64,000 nt of DNA from an uncultured Chloroflexia bacterium (GTDB taxonomy: Bacteria > Chloroflexota > Limnocylindria > Limnocylindrales > CSP1-4), in contig CAVYBU010000007.1 in the NCBI GenBank assembly GCA_963766735.1, positions 96,001-160,000 of the forward strand, written 5' to 3'. Below the pieces are notes generated by a model. It was not told where the DNA came from. It saw only the letters and a list, made by a program, of their open reading frames with translations, and did no database searches. The position numbers and the translations under genes were made by a program. Below are positions 41,190 to 51,580 of this stretch, piece by piece (the stretch's first letter is position 1; every line of letters starts with the position of its first letter).

Positions 41190-41588
41190 TCAGCGGCGGC
41201 GAACGGCCAGGACGCGCTTGATGTTCCGGATCGTCTGGTCGAGCATCAGGTCGACCTCGGCAGGGCCGGCATCGTCGCGCAGGTGAAGGCGGAGCGTCAC
41301 CCCGCAGGTGCTTGACGTGCCCTCACTGACCTCGATCGAACCGTGGTAGTCGCCACCCGGCGTGCCCCACTCCACGCGGCGCGCGCCACGATCCGCGATG
41401 AACCTGGCCTCACGGACATCGGGGCGGCCTTTGACCTCGGGCTCGGCCTCCGGATCGCCATCCACCGCGATGGTCTCCTCGAGCCTGATCGCCGGGACGT
41501 ACTCCGGCAGTCGCTCCGGGTCGGCGAACAGGGCGAAGGCGGCGTCTGCGCCGACGCCGACCGTCGCGCTCCGCTCGAAATCGGCCAT
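41190..41588 (-). CDS. SRPBCC family protein
   Basis: AF.LFADPERLPEYVP, RRVEWG, YHG pattern. Confidence 0.75.
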   Translation of the reverse strand: MADFERSATVGVGADAAFALFADPERLPEYVPAIRLEETIAVDGDPEAEPEVKGRPDVREARFIADRGARRVEWGTPGGDYHGSIEVSEGTSSTCGVTLRLHLRDDAGPAEVDLMLDQTIRNIKRVLAVRRR

Positions 41589-41754
41589 GCCTCCATGTTG
41601 GCACACGACGCCGGAACTCGCGCCGCGCCCGCGGCGCCGATGGAACCATCCGCAAATGCCGCCCATCGGAGATGCCGTTCGGCGATTGGATCGCTATCCT
41701 GCCAAGTCATGAGCAGCGCGCGCCACCTCCCCGCCGCCGACGATCGAGAGACCG

Positions 41755-43581
41755 GTGGAACCGACCCTGGCTGAGCCCCTGACATCGGGGATCCGGCGGC
41801 CTCGCCGTCGCGCGAGGTTCATCGTTGCCTTCCTCGTTGGACTCGCCGCGGTGGCGGCGGCCTCCGGGATCGGCGTGGCAGCCTGGGATGCGGGGTACGA
41901 GGCCAGGATCCTGCCCGGCGTCCACGTCGGCAGCGTGGACCTGTCGGGCCTGGACCGTGCGGCCGCCAGCCGGGCAGTGTCGGCCGCCTACCCGTTCGAA
42001 CAGGGCCAGATCATCCTCCGGACCCCCGATGGTGACGTCGCCATCACGTACTCCGCCGTCGGGCGGCAGGCAGACGCCGACGCGCTGGTCGATGAGGCGC
42101 TTCGGGCCGGACGGACGGGAACGGCGATCGAGCGGGCCGTGGGTGAGGTGCGGCAGGCACTGGGCGGCACGTATCTGGAGCCCCGGCTCCTCCTGGACGA
42201 GTCCGCCCTGGAGGCAGCGGTCACCACCGCCGTGGCGGATCTCGAGGTGAGGCCGGTGGATGCCACCATCCGGATGGGCCCGGACGGACCGGTGACCACG
42301 CCCTCCTCCACCGGCCGGACGGCGAACCCAGCGCCCATCGTCGCGACGGCTCTCGCTGCTGCGAGATCGCTGGCCGCGCCGGCCGAGGTCGTCATCCCGG
42401 TGGATGTCACCGTCGTGGAACCGGCTCGGGACGACGAAACCGTCCAGGTGGCGAAGGTCCTGGCTCAGCGGCTGGTCAACGACGTCGTCATCGTCTCCGG
42501 CAAGAAGTCCTGGACCATCAAGGCCGACACGGTCCGGAGCTGGGCGTCCTTCCGGGGCTTCGTCGACGGCTCGGTGCGACCGGTCATCGCCACCGACCCG
42601 ATCAAGGACTCCCTGAACGCCGTGCGCAAGGGAGTCCTCAAGAAGGCCAAGTCTGCGGCGTTCCTGAAGGCACGGAGCGGCACGGTTGTCGGGGTCGTGG
42701 CCTCGAAGGACGGTCGCCAGCTGGACGTGGAAGCCACCGTCGCCCGGATCGCGGCCGAGCTGGAAGGCCGGGCCACGGGAGACCTCGCCGCCCCGGTACC
42801 TGCCGCCGTCGGCCCGTACCAGCCGAAGCTGACCACCGAGGATGCGACCAGGAAGGCGCCACTCATGGTGAAGCTCGGCTCCTGGAAGACGTATTTCCCG
42901 ATCAGCGACCGCAACTACTTCGGGGCCAATATCTGGCTGCCGGCCAAGATCATCAACCAGACCGTGCTCAAGCCAGGACAGAGGTTCGAGTGGTGGAGCG
43001 CAGTCGGCCCGGTCACCCCTGCTCGTGGGTTCGGTCCCGGCGGCGTCATCAGGTCCGATCACACGGACCCCACGGGCGCGCTGGGTGGCGGCATGTGCTC
43101 CAGCTCCACCACCCTGTTCAACGCGGCGTTGCGGGCCGGCCTCAAGATCAACGCCCGGTCCAACCACAAGTACTACATCAACCGCTATCCGCTCGGTCTC
43201 GACGCAACGGTCTCGAAGGTAGGCAACAGCGTGCAGACGATGTCGTTCACCAATGACACGAAGCATGCGATCTACATCCGCGGGATCAGGACGCGCTCGG
43301 GCGGTCGCGGGTACGTGACCTACGAAATCTGGGGCGTTCCGGATGGGCGCAAGGTCTCGATTTCGCGGCCATCCGTCTCGGTCCTGCGCAAGGCGATCAC
43401 CGAGGAGGTCGTCGTTGACACGCTCCCCCACGGCAGGCGGGAGCAGACGGAATACCCCTCGAACGCGATGAACGTGGCGGTCACCAGGGTGGTCAAGAAC
43501 GCGTCGGGCAAGGTCGTCCACCGCGACACGTTCTACACGCACTACGTGCTCTGGAACGGGCGGATCGAGGTGGGCCGCTAG
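41755..43581 (+). CDS. vanW: VanW family protein (TM, PG-binding, VanW and G5-like domains)
   Basis: ILPGVHVG.VDLSGL, GGGMCSSSTTLFNAAL, HKYYI.RYP.GLDATV, FTNDT. True start may be ATG 41709 with an indel. Confidence 0.88.
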   Translation: MEPTLAEPLTSGIRRPRRRARFIVAFLVGLAAVAAASGIGVAAWDAGYEARILPGVHVGSVDLSGLDRAAASRAVSAAYPFEQGQIILRTPDGDVAITYSAVGRQADADALVDEALRAGRTGTAIERAVGEVRQALGGTYLEPRLLLDESALEAAVTTAVADLEVRPVDATIRMGPDGPVTTPSSTGRTANPAPIVATALAAARSLAAPAEVVIPVDVTVVEPARDDETVQVAKVLAQRLVNDVVIVSGKKSWTIKADTVRSWASFRGFVDGSVRPVIATDPIKDSLNAVRKGVLKKAKSAAFLKARSGTVVGVVASKDGRQLDVEATVARIAAELEGRATGDLAAPVPAAVGPYQPKLTTEDATRKAPLMVKLGSWKTYFPISDRNYFGANIWLPAKIINQTVLKPGQRFEWWSAVGPVTPARGFGPGGVIRSDHTDPTGALGGGMCSSSTTLFNAALRAGLKINARSNHKYYINRYPLGLDATVSKVGNSVQTMSFTNDTKHAIYIRGIRTRSGGRGYVTYEIWGVPDGRKVSISRPSVSVLRKAITEEVVVDTLPHGRREQTEYPSNAMNVAVTRVVKNASGKVVHRDTFYTHYVLWNGRIEVGR

Positions 43582-44339
43582 GCCCTCGGAACACCTTCGC
43601 CCGCGGGCTCGAGCGACACCGCTCGCATCCTCCCGTCGTAACGGACCAGGGGGACGGTCTGCGTCAGGTCCTCCCCGGCGCAGAAGGCGATGTCCTCCGG
43701 CGCTCCGATGCGTCGCAGCGTGGCCCCGCCATCGGACGCCTCCATTGCGGCCCGGAGGGTCGGCCAGCTCCGGCGCAGGCGGATGGCGGCCTCCGCCCCA
43801 TCCGAGAGGCGCGCGGCAAGACCCCTTGGCGCGGCAAGCTCGACCAGCCGCTCCGCGATGACGCCCGCCGCAACAGCATCATCCAGGACGAAGATCCCCT
43901 CACGCCCGGCGCACACGATCCCGACGATCCCCGAATTGCCCGCCATCGCCAGGGCTGCGGTCGCGACCGCGGTTGCGTTGCGGATACAGCCGACCAGGAC
44001 CGGCTCCTCGCGGCGGAGCCGCGCGATGACGGCCGTCCCGTTCGTAGTCGAGAGGACGATGCTCCGGCCCCGGAGGTCAACCCGGTCCAGCTGCGACGGA
44101 GAGTTGTCGAAGTCGAAGTCGGGTGGCTTGACCGCGTGCAGCTCACCCGCCAGGAGGCTGCCGGTCTCACGGGCCACGGCACGGGCTTCATCCGGGTCGC
44201 CGGCAAGGTAGACGTCCCGGCAACCGGCATCGATGAGGGTCGTGATGGTCGTGCTGGCGCGAATCTGGTCGATGACGATCAGGACCCCGGGTGCGGCGGG
44301 GTCCGCGACCTGCGGCAGGAGCGCGACGTCGACCAGCAT
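43578..44339 (-). CDS. comB: 2-phosphosulfolactate phosphatase family protein
   Basis: VIDQIRASTTI, GE, FDFDNSP, STTNGT, VCAG, DD..AAG. Confidence 0.9.
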   Translation of the reverse strand: MLVDVALLPQVADPAAPGVLIVIDQIRASTTITTLIDAGCRDVYLAGDPDEARAVARETGSLLAGELHAVKPPDFDFDNSPSQLDRVDLRGRSIVLSTTNGTAVIARLRREEPVLVGCIRNATAVATAALAMAGNSGIVGIVCAGREGIFVLDDAVAAGVIAERLVELAAPRGLAARLSDGAEAAIRLRRSWPTLRAAMEASDGGATLRRIGAPEDIAFCAGEDLTQTVPLVRYDGRMRAVSLEPAGEGVPRA

Positions 44340-44347
44340 CAGCTGCG

Positions 44348-45013
44348 CTATGCGTCCGCTTCGAGGTACGTCAGCACGGCGAGCACGCGCCGGTGGTCGC
44401 CCCTGGAATCAGGGAGATCCAGCTTGCCCATGATGCTGGTGATGTGCTTCTCCGCAGCCCCCTCGGAGATGGTCAGCGCCTCCGCGATACCGGCGTTCGT
44501 GCGGCCCTCGGCCATCGCCGCGAGCACCTCGACCTCGCGTGGGGTGAGCGCCGCCAGGCGGTCATCGCGTCGGCGGCGGACCATCAGCTGGGCGACGACC
44601 TCGGGGTCCAGCGCCGTCCCGCCCGCGGCCACGCGCCGCAGGGCATCCATGAAGTCCCGAACGTCCGCGACCCGGTCCTTGAGCAGGTATCCGACCCCGC
44701 CCGCGCGGTCAGCCAGGAGCTCCGTGGCGTACTGGCGCTCCACGTACTGGCTCAGCACCAGAACCGGCGTCCCGGGCACGCGGCGGCGGGCCTCGATGGC
44801 GGCGCGGAGTCCCTCGTCACGCTGGGTCGGTGGCATCCGGACGTCCACCACGGACACGTCGGGTCGATGCTCGACCACCGCCTCCACGAGGGCCGGCCCA
44901 TCACCGACGCGCGCGACCACCTCACCGCCCGACTCCTCGATGAGGCGCGCGAGACCTTCTCGGAGCAGGACGGAGTCATCGGCGATGACCACGCGCAGCG
45001 GCGGCTGGTTCAT
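44348..45013 (-). CDS. NarL/LuxR family response regulator
   Basis: VVIADD, DVRMPP, GYLLKD, LTPREVEVL, HRRVLAVL. Confidence 0.95.
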   Translation of the reverse strand: MNQPPLRVVIADDSVLLREGLARLIEESGGEVVARVGDGPALVEAVVEHRPDVSVVDVRMPPTQRDEGLRAAIEARRRVPGTPVLVLSQYVERQYATELLADRAGGVGYLLKDRVADVRDFMDALRRVAAGGTALDPEVVAQLMVRRRRDDRLAALTPREVEVLAAMAEGRTNAGIAEALTISEGAAEKHITSIMGKLDLPDSRGDHRRVLAVLTYLEADA

Positions 45014-45066
45014 GTTCCGATCATGCCCCATACGGCGCGACTCGGCCCGACCGATCCGACGTCCCT

Positions 45067-45084
45067 GGTAGGGCTACCCCCACC
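45067..45084. promoter_or_regulatory. Inverted repeat between the divergent response regulator and kinase
   Basis: GGTAGGG-CTAC-CCCCACC (7-4-7, one mismatch); plausible response-regulator site. Confidence 0.4.
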
Positions 45085-45187
45085 CCCAAGATGCCCGCTG
45101 CCCGGCTGGGCGGGGACGCCACCGGGGCCCAGGATCTGGTTCACAACGCGCACTCACGGCAGGATCACGAATGGTAGGGTCGCTCAG

Positions 45188-46582
45188 ATGACGTCAGGCA
45201 ACCACCCCGAGGCCCCCGTTGTGGGGCACGGCGCACTGGACGCGATGCGCTCGTTCGCGTGGTCGCCGTTCGCAATCAAGACGTGGCGAGCCGTCCTGGC
45301 CGTCGGGTTGGGTCTGTTCGTCTCGATCGCCTCGGTCAGCGTCCTCAGCACGCTGTTCTCGATCGGCGGCTCGCTCCTGTTCCTGATCGTCGGGATCCCA
45401 TTCATCGGGCTCGGCATCGAGGCGGCGCGCGTCTTCGCCCGTGTCGAGCGGTGGCGGATGTCGATGGTGGACGGGAAACCCCTGATGCCACACCCGTACC
45501 GAGGGTTCGAGCCGAATCCCAGCGCTCCGTGGGGCCCCTGGGTCCGACAATGGGCAGAGGCGGAGTTCCTGGACGCGAACCGGTGGCTGGACGTCCTGTA
45601 CGTCCTTGTTGCCCTGCCGCTCACGATCATCGAGTTCACCGTCTCGGTGATCCTGTGGTCAACCTCCATCGTCCTCATGCTGGCGCCGCTCTTCTGGATG
45701 GCCGCACGATCCTCCAGCCCCGGTGGCTTCGTGTGGCTGACGGAAGCGGTCGATCCCGTCGCGCTCGTGGCCGTCCTGTTCGTGATGGGGCTCCTGCTGC
45801 TGCCGGTCGCCGCCTCCGTCACCCGCGGGCTCATCGTCCTCCATCGCGCGGTGGTCCAGGGGATGCTGTGCGTCGATCCGAGCGCCGCCCTCCGCCGGGA
45901 CGTGGAGCGTCTCCGCGACACGCGGTCCGCCGCGCTCGAGGTGGAGGCCAGCGAGCTCAGGAGGATCGAGCGGGATCTGCACGATGGGGCTCAGCAGCGG
46001 CTGGTCATGCTGGCGATCGACCTCGGCCTGGCCGAGGAGCGGATCGACACGGATCCAGCCGCCGCCAGGCGCCTGGTCGTCGATGCTCGCGAGCAGGCCC
46101 GCCAGGCGCTGGCGGAGCTCCGCGAGGTGGTCCGGGGCGTGGCGCCGTCCATCCTCGTGGACCGGGGACTCGTGGCTGCCCTGGGCGCCCTGGCCGGCCG
46201 ATGCCCTGTGCCCACGTACGTGGACAGCTCGCTCGCCATCGGCCAACGGCTCCCGCACGCGGTGGAGCGAGCCTCGTACTACGTGGTGGCCGAGGCGCTG
46301 GCGAACGTTGCCAAACACAGCGGTGCCACGCGCTGCAGCGTCTTCCTGCGCGCCTCAAGCGACTGGTTGTTTGTCGAGGTGCGCGACGACGGGACCGGCG
46401 GCGCGGCGATCAGTCCCGGAGGTGGACTGGCAGGCCTGAGGGACCGCGTCCAGGCTCTGGACGGCGCCCTGGAGGTCGTGAGTCCCGACGGCGGACCAAC
46501 CAGCCTCCGGGTTTCGATACCGGTCGCCTGGACGGCCGGTCCGCCCCAGCCGGAGCGCGGTGCCGGGACAGCCGCGGGCTGA
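45188..46582 (+). CDS. Membrane sensor histidine kinase (HisKA_3)
   Basis: Four TM helices; RRIERDLHDGAQQRL, EALANVAKH, DDGTGG, GLAGLRDRV. Confidence 0.93.
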   Translation: MTSGNHPEAPVVGHGALDAMRSFAWSPFAIKTWRAVLAVGLGLFVSIASVSVLSTLFSIGGSLLFLIVGIPFIGLGIEAARVFARVERWRMSMVDGKPLMPHPYRGFEPNPSAPWGPWVRQWAEAEFLDANRWLDVLYVLVALPLTIIEFTVSVILWSTSIVLMLAPLFWMAARSSSPGGFVWLTEAVDPVALVAVLFVMGLLLLPVAASVTRGLIVLHRAVVQGMLCVDPSAALRRDVERLRDTRSAALEVEASELRRIERDLHDGAQQRLVMLAIDLGLAEERIDTDPAAARRLVVDAREQARQALAELREVVRGVAPSILVDRGLVAALGALAGRCPVPTYVDSSLAIGQRLPHAVERASYYVVAEALANVAKHSGATRCSVFLRASSDWLFVEVRDDGTGGAAISPGGGLAGLRDRVQALDGALEVVSPDGGPTSLRVSIPVAWTAGPPQPERGAGTAAG

Positions 46583-46594
46583 GTCTCGAGCATC

Positions 46595-48427
46595 TCAGGC
46601 AGGCACGGCCTCGGCGAACTGCAGCCGGTAGAGGCGGGCATAGAGGCCGTCCCGGGCCAGGAGCTCCTCGTGGGTGCCCAGCTCCACCAGCCAGCCGTCG
46701 TCCAGGACGGCGATTCGGTGGGCTGCCCTGATCGTTGACAGGCGATGCGCGACGATGATCGTGGTCCGCCCCACCTTGAGGCGATCGAGGGCCTCCTGGA
46801 CGAGCCGCTCCGACTCGTTGTCGAGCGAGCTTGTCGCCTCGTCGAGGAGCAGGATCGGCGGGTCCTTCAGGATGGCGCGTGCGATCGAGACCCGCTGGCG
46901 CTGACCGCCGGACAGGCGGGAGCCGCGGTCTCCCACGAGGGTCTCGTAGCCGTCCGGGAGCGCGGTGATGAACTCGTGGGCGTTGGCGGATCTGGCGGCG
47001 GCGACGATCTCCTCGTGCGTGGCCTCCAGGCGCCCGTACCGGATGTTGTCGCGTACGGTCCCTCCGAACAGGGTTGCCTCCTGGGGAACCAGGCCAATCC
47101 GCTCGCGGAGGCTCGAGGTGGTCACGCCCCGGACATCCCGGCCGTCGATGCGGATCGCCCCCGACGTCGCGTCCCACAGCCGTGGCAGCAGGCCGACGAG
47201 CGTCGTCTTGCCCGCCCCGGACGGGCCGACGAGGGCGAGGACCTCGCCCGCGGCAATCGTGAGGGTCACGTCCCGGAGGACCGGGTTGACGCCGTCGTAG
47301 GCGAAGCTGACGTCGTCCAGCTCGATCACGCCGTCCACCCGGCCGATCTCGACCGCGTCCGGGGCATCCACGATGGTCGGCTGCATGTCGATGATCTCGA
47401 ACACGCGAGTCACCGCACCCGTGCCCTCACGGAACTGACCGTAGAGGCTGGCGATGGTGGCGAGGCTGCCGCCGATCGTGATCCCGTAGAGCAGGAACCC
47501 GGTCAGGGTCCCGATGCCCAGGCTCCCCTCGATCACCTGGTGCCCCGTGTACCAGAGCAGCACGGCCACGGCGCTGAAACCGAGGAACCCCATGATGGCC
47601 CCGAACCCGGCCCGCCACAGCGCGAGGCGAGTCCCCGAGCCCACCACGCCGGCCAGGTCACCGCCGTAGCGGGCCACCTCGAACGCCTCGCGGACGTAGC
47701 TCTTGACGACACGGATCCCGGACAGCGCCTCTTCCGCGGTGACCGTGCTGTGGGCGATGGAGTCCTGGACCTCGGTGCTCACCCGCTGGAGCGGGCGGCC
47801 GAAGACGATAGCCACGGCGATGAGCGCGGGCGCCAGGATCAGGACGACGGCCAGGAGCGTCGGGCTGAGCATGAACAGGATGACGACCGATCCCACGAGG
47901 CCGATCACGGACGACAACAGAGTGGTCGTTGTCTGGGTGAGCATCGTGCGGATCAGGGTGACGTCGCTCGAGAGCCGCGACACCAGCTCCCCCACCCGGC
48001 TTCGGCCGTGGAAGTCGAGCGAGAGGGTCACCAGGCGCTCGAACAGCTCGCCGCGGAGCTGGGCCACCATCCGCTCCCCCACCACGCCCAGGAAGTAGCC
48101 CTGGACGAACCCGCCCAGCGACTGGACGAGGAACAGGACGACGAGTCCCGCGATCAGCCGATCGAGGCCGGCGGCGTCCCCTCCTGCCACGACGGACGTG
48201 ACCAGCCCCGCGACGACCAGCGGCACGAGCAGGGCGAGACCCGAGCCCAGCACCAGGCCGACGAGGGCGATGGTGAACGGCCGCCAGTGCGGACGTAGGT
48301 AGCCGAAGAGGCGGCGCCACGGGACACCGCCCAGATCGCGGACCCTGGTTGCCATGCCCCTCGCGCCGATCGGCCCCGCGGGTGCGGCGTCCCCAGGGGG
48401 TGCGTCCCTGGACTCCTGCGGCTCCAT
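46595..48427 (-). CDS. ABC exporter, fused TMD-NBD (MsbA-like)
   Basis: Six TM helices; GPSGAGKT, LSGGQRQR, LLDEATS, AHRLST. Confidence 0.94.
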   Translation of the reverse strand: MEPQESRDAPPGDAAPAGPIGARGMATRVRDLGGVPWRRLFGYLRPHWRPFTIALVGLVLGSGLALLVPLVVAGLVTSVVAGGDAAGLDRLIAGLVVLFLVQSLGGFVQGYFLGVVGERMVAQLRGELFERLVTLSLDFHGRSRVGELVSRLSSDVTLIRTMLTQTTTTLLSSVIGLVGSVVILFMLSPTLLAVVLILAPALIAVAIVFGRPLQRVSTEVQDSIAHSTVTAEEALSGIRVVKSYVREAFEVARYGGDLAGVVGSGTRLALWRAGFGAIMGFLGFSAVAVLLWYTGHQVIEGSLGIGTLTGFLLYGITIGGSLATIASLYGQFREGTGAVTRVFEIIDMQPTIVDAPDAVEIGRVDGVIELDDVSFAYDGVNPVLRDVTLTIAAGEVLALVGPSGAGKTTLVGLLPRLWDATSGAIRIDGRDVRGVTTSSLRERIGLVPQEATLFGGTVRDNIRYGRLEATHEEIVAAARSANAHEFITALPDGYETLVGDRGSRLSGGQRQRVSIARAILKDPPILLLDEATSSLDNESERLVQEALDRLKVGRTTIIVAHRLSTIRAAHRIAVLDDGWLVELGTHEELLARDGLYARLYRLQFAEAVPA

Positions 48428-48434
48428 CCGATGA

Positions 48435-49220
48435 TCATGGCATGGCTCGCAGCACCAGGCCGCCGTTGCCCTCGAGCAGCAGCGTGTCCGCCTCGATGCC
48501 ATAGACCACCTCGCCCGACAGCACGGCCAGAATGGCGTTCTCAACCGACATCGCCGGCTCCGGGCAGGCCATCCTCGTCATGCGGATCGGGCCGAAGGTG
48601 ACGGTCGTGTCGGACACCTGGGTGCTGCCGCCGCCGCGATTGCAGCCGGCCTCGACGTCAACCGTGCCGTCCGAGAACGTCAGGGCTGCGGTCACCCCGG
48701 CCGGGACGCTGGATACAGCTCCGGCAGAGACCAGGCCCTCCACCGCCCAGCGCGTGCCGAGCAGCGGCCGATCCGGCTCCGCGACGACGCGATCGGTGAG
48801 CGTCAGGGTCGTGCCGTCGTTGGCCAGCGTCAGCGTGTCGCTGTCAAGCACGAGCTGGGCGCCGGGAAGGAAGGCCGCCAGCCACTGGTCCTGGGCCATC
48901 AGCGGTTCCTCGCACCCCATCTCGGTCGTGGCCATCGGGCCGGTCCTGAGGCGGCCGTCCTCCACCTCGTAGGCGCCACTCATCGTGTTGCAGCCCGCGT
49001 TTGCCGAGAGGGATCCACCCTGGAACGTCATCCCGACCCGGGACCCGGCAACCAGGGTGTGGCCGGTGATGTCGGTCGACAGGAAGGTCCGCCCATCCAG
49101 GTCTGACCCCGGATCGCCGGTGGGCTCCTGCGACGGCGAGGGTGTCGCGGCCCCACCGCGGCACGCGGCGAGGGCAAGGATCAGGGCGAGCGAAGCGGTC
49201 AGGATGGGGAGCGGACGCAT
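48435..49220 (-). CDS. Lipoprotein with two META domains
   Basis: Lipobox LAAC; AGCN...TEMGC and AGCN...TRMAC. Confidence 0.88.
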   Translation of the reverse strand: MRPLPILTASLALILALAACRGGAATPSPSQEPTGDPGSDLDGRTFLSTDITGHTLVAGSRVGMTFQGGSLSANAGCNTMSGAYEVEDGRLRTGPMATTEMGCEEPLMAQDQWLAAFLPGAQLVLDSDTLTLANDGTTLTLTDRVVAEPDRPLLGTRWAVEGLVSAGAVSSVPAGVTAALTFSDGTVDVEAGCNRGGGSTQVSDTTVTFGPIRMTRMACPEPAMSVENAILAVLSGEVVYGIEADTLLLEGNGGLVLRAMP

Positions 49221-49346
49221 GCAGGTCACCTATGGAGCGGGGAATGGCTCGGGCCAGGGAGCCTGGCGAGTGCGCGTGAGGTCAGGGCCCCGGGCGTCAC
49301 CACTGGGACGGCAATCGGGAGCCGCCGGTTCCGATGGCTTCCCGGG

Positions 49347-50639
49347 TCAGCCGCCGGCCTCCCCCTGTCCGACTTCCCCGGCGACGAACCGGTCCATCAG
49401 CGCGGTGAAGCCCGTCAGGCCGCGCTCATACCCGATGGCCCAGAACCCGACGCCGGCGAACCCGTTGGCGTTGGCCAATGCCATCTTGGGCACCAGCGTC
49501 TCCGGAGAGTCAACGTAGACGGCCGTCCACGTCCGGTCCTCCGCCGGGGCCGCGGCGCCCGGCGATGGCGGGCCCAGCGAGCCGTCCGAACCGAGGAGGT
49601 AGACATCAACCATCTCCTGCTCGTCGCGCACCGGAGCGGCAGCCGGGTTCAACAGGAGGTCCAAGTGGCGGCGCGGGATCCACGCCTCGCCGCGTCCCGT
49701 CTCGGGCGCCCCGACCGCCGGCCCCGCCACGGGCCAGGTCATGCCGTACAACGGCAGTCCCAGCAGCGTCTGCCCGGGCGGCACACCGGCTGCCTCATAC
49801 ATCGCGATGGACCAGGCGAGGTCGCGTACCCCGTCCCGGCGGTCGAGGGGCGACGTGGCGCCGGGCGCTGACCCCGCAACCCGGTAGTCGTACCCCATGA
49901 GGAAGGTCCGGTCCGCGCCCGCGGCTATCGCGGCCGCTGCCATCGCGGAGCCGAGGACGTTCGCCTGGGTGGCCACGCTGACGCGATCGCCCGGGTCGGC
50001 CGCCACCACCGCCGTGCGCAGGCGTCCCACGAACGAGCCGTACTCACCGACGGACTGTGGGTCCAGGCCTTCGATGTCCACGTTGATTCCGTCCAGCCCA
50101 AGGTCGCCGGCAAGCGAGACCAGCGAAGCGATCGCGGCATCCTGGCGCGCCTCGTCCGCGAAGAAGTCGCGGTTCCGGTCCCGTCCGAAGCTGGTGAAGA
50201 CCAGCTCCACCCGGGCGCCCTGTCCATGAGCCGCAGCGATGATCCGGGACCCCAGGTCCCCGGTGATGCGCTTGTACCCCGTCTGACGTGTGTTGAGGGC
50301 GCCCTTGGCGGTGTCGGTCACGCTGAACAGCGCGAGGGTCGTGAGGGGCGTCACGGCAAGGTGATCGACGATCGTGGTGTCCATCTCCCAGTACGGGAGG
50401 TAGCCGTAGAGCTCGTGGCCCGGTGCCGGACGAAGCGTCCCCGAGGGTGGCGCCGACGTCACCGGAACCGAGGGCGTGAGGGACGCTCCCTCGATCGGCC
50501 TCGTTGGGCTGCACGACGCCAGCAGGGAGGCAGCCACGGTCAGGGCGAAAACGGACCGCGCAGCTGCTCCGCGACGCATCATCGGTATCACAACCCCAGC
50601 GTGCGGGTGCGTGGCCGATCGGTCAAACGGGGCCGTCAT
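49347..50639 (-). CDS. GH18-family glycoside hydrolase, probable lipoprotein
   Basis: GYLPYW, DGINVDIE, MGYDY, LGLPLYG, GVGFWAIG; start uncertain. Confidence 0.85.
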   Translation of the reverse strand: MTAPFDRSATHPHAGVVIPMMRRGAAARSVFALTVAASLLASCSPTRPIEGASLTPSVPVTSAPPSGTLRPAPGHELYGYLPYWEMDTTIVDHLAVTPLTTLALFSVTDTAKGALNTRQTGYKRITGDLGSRIIAAAHGQGARVELVFTSFGRDRNRDFFADEARQDAAIASLVSLAGDLGLDGINVDIEGLDPQSVGEYGSFVGRLRTAVVAADPGDRVSVATQANVLGSAMAAAAIAAGADRTFLMGYDYRVAGSAPGATSPLDRRDGVRDLAWSIAMYEAAGVPPGQTLLGLPLYGMTWPVAGPAVGAPETGRGEAWIPRRHLDLLLNPAAAPVRDEQEMVDVYLLGSDGSLGPPSPGAAAPAEDRTWTAVYVDSPETLVPKMALANANGFAGVGFWAIGYERGLTGFTALMDRFVAGEVGQGEAGG

Positions 50640-50687
50640 CCGCTGGAGCGCTCTCGTTCGTGCGCCGCTCGCGGACTGGAGCTGCCG

Positions 50688-51575
50688 TCAGCTGCGGGAC
50701 AGCGACCGAAGACCGGACGCCATCACTGCCACGAACACGACCCCGGCGCCGGCGACGATCGCCACCGCGATACCCGACGGAATGTCGATCGTGCTCGCCT
50801 GATCGGCGCCCCAGCGCGTGATCGCCATCGCCAACGCCGCGATCGTGGCAAGGGTGGCCGCCAGGGTCGCGAGCTTGTCCACGGTCCGGAGCTCAACGCG
50901 CCGGTACGACGTCCGCGCCCCGGCGCCGAGGCCCCGCGCCTCCAGGCCCATGACCAGCGTGGTGAGCCGGTCGAACGAGCCCGCGACGACGGGTACCAGC
51001 GTGGGCAGGAGGGCCGCGATGCCACTCGCCTTCAGGCCCCGCGAGCGCTGCGCCTGAAGCACGGTCCGGAGCTCCTGGTGAAGCTGAGGGATGAGCTGCA
51101 GCGAGAGCATCGCCATCAGGGACACCTCGTACGGCAGGCGCAGGCGGCGCAGCGCCGCGAACAGGTCGGACGGGTGCGTGGTCGCCAGCATCGCGACCGC
51201 AACCGTCTCCATTGCCAGCAGCCGGGCGACGAGCGCAAGCGCATGCGACAGGCCCTCCTGGTAGAGCGTCAGCGGACCAAGCGTCGCGGCCGGCGTGCAG
51301 CCCGCACGACAGGCGACTGGGGCCAGCGTCTGCAGGACCAGCACTGACGCGGCGATGGGGGCGAGCGCGATGACGGTCCGGACCGCCGTGCGACCCACAC
51401 CGGCCGACCCCGCAAGGAGGAGGCCAACCATCGCGATCATGGCCAGAACCAGGGGCTCGTAGGTGGCGAGGACCACCACCACCGTCCCGGCGAGCCAGGC
51501 GAGCTTCGGCAGCGGGCTGGCCCGGTGGAGCCACGAGCGCCCCGGCACGTACGCGAGAAGGGTGGGTGCGTCCAT
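50688..51575 (-). CDS. ECF transporter T component
   Basis: SWLHRASPLPKL, AQRSRG and LEARG motifs. Confidence 0.9.
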   Translation of the reverse strand: MDAPTLLAYVPGRSWLHRASPLPKLAWLAGTVVVVLATYEPLVLAMIAMVGLLLAGSAGVGRTAVRTVIALAPIAASVLVLQTLAPVACRAGCTPAATLGPLTLYQEGLSHALALVARLLAMETVAVAMLATTHPSDLFAALRRLRLPYEVSLMAMLSLQLIPQLHQELRTVLQAQRSRGLKASGIAALLPTLVPVVAGSFDRLTTLVMGLEARGLGAGARTSYRRVELRTVDKLATLAATLATIAALAMAITRWGADQASTIDIPSGIAVAIVAGAGVVFVAVMASGLRSLSRS

Positions 51576-51580
51576 CGTCG

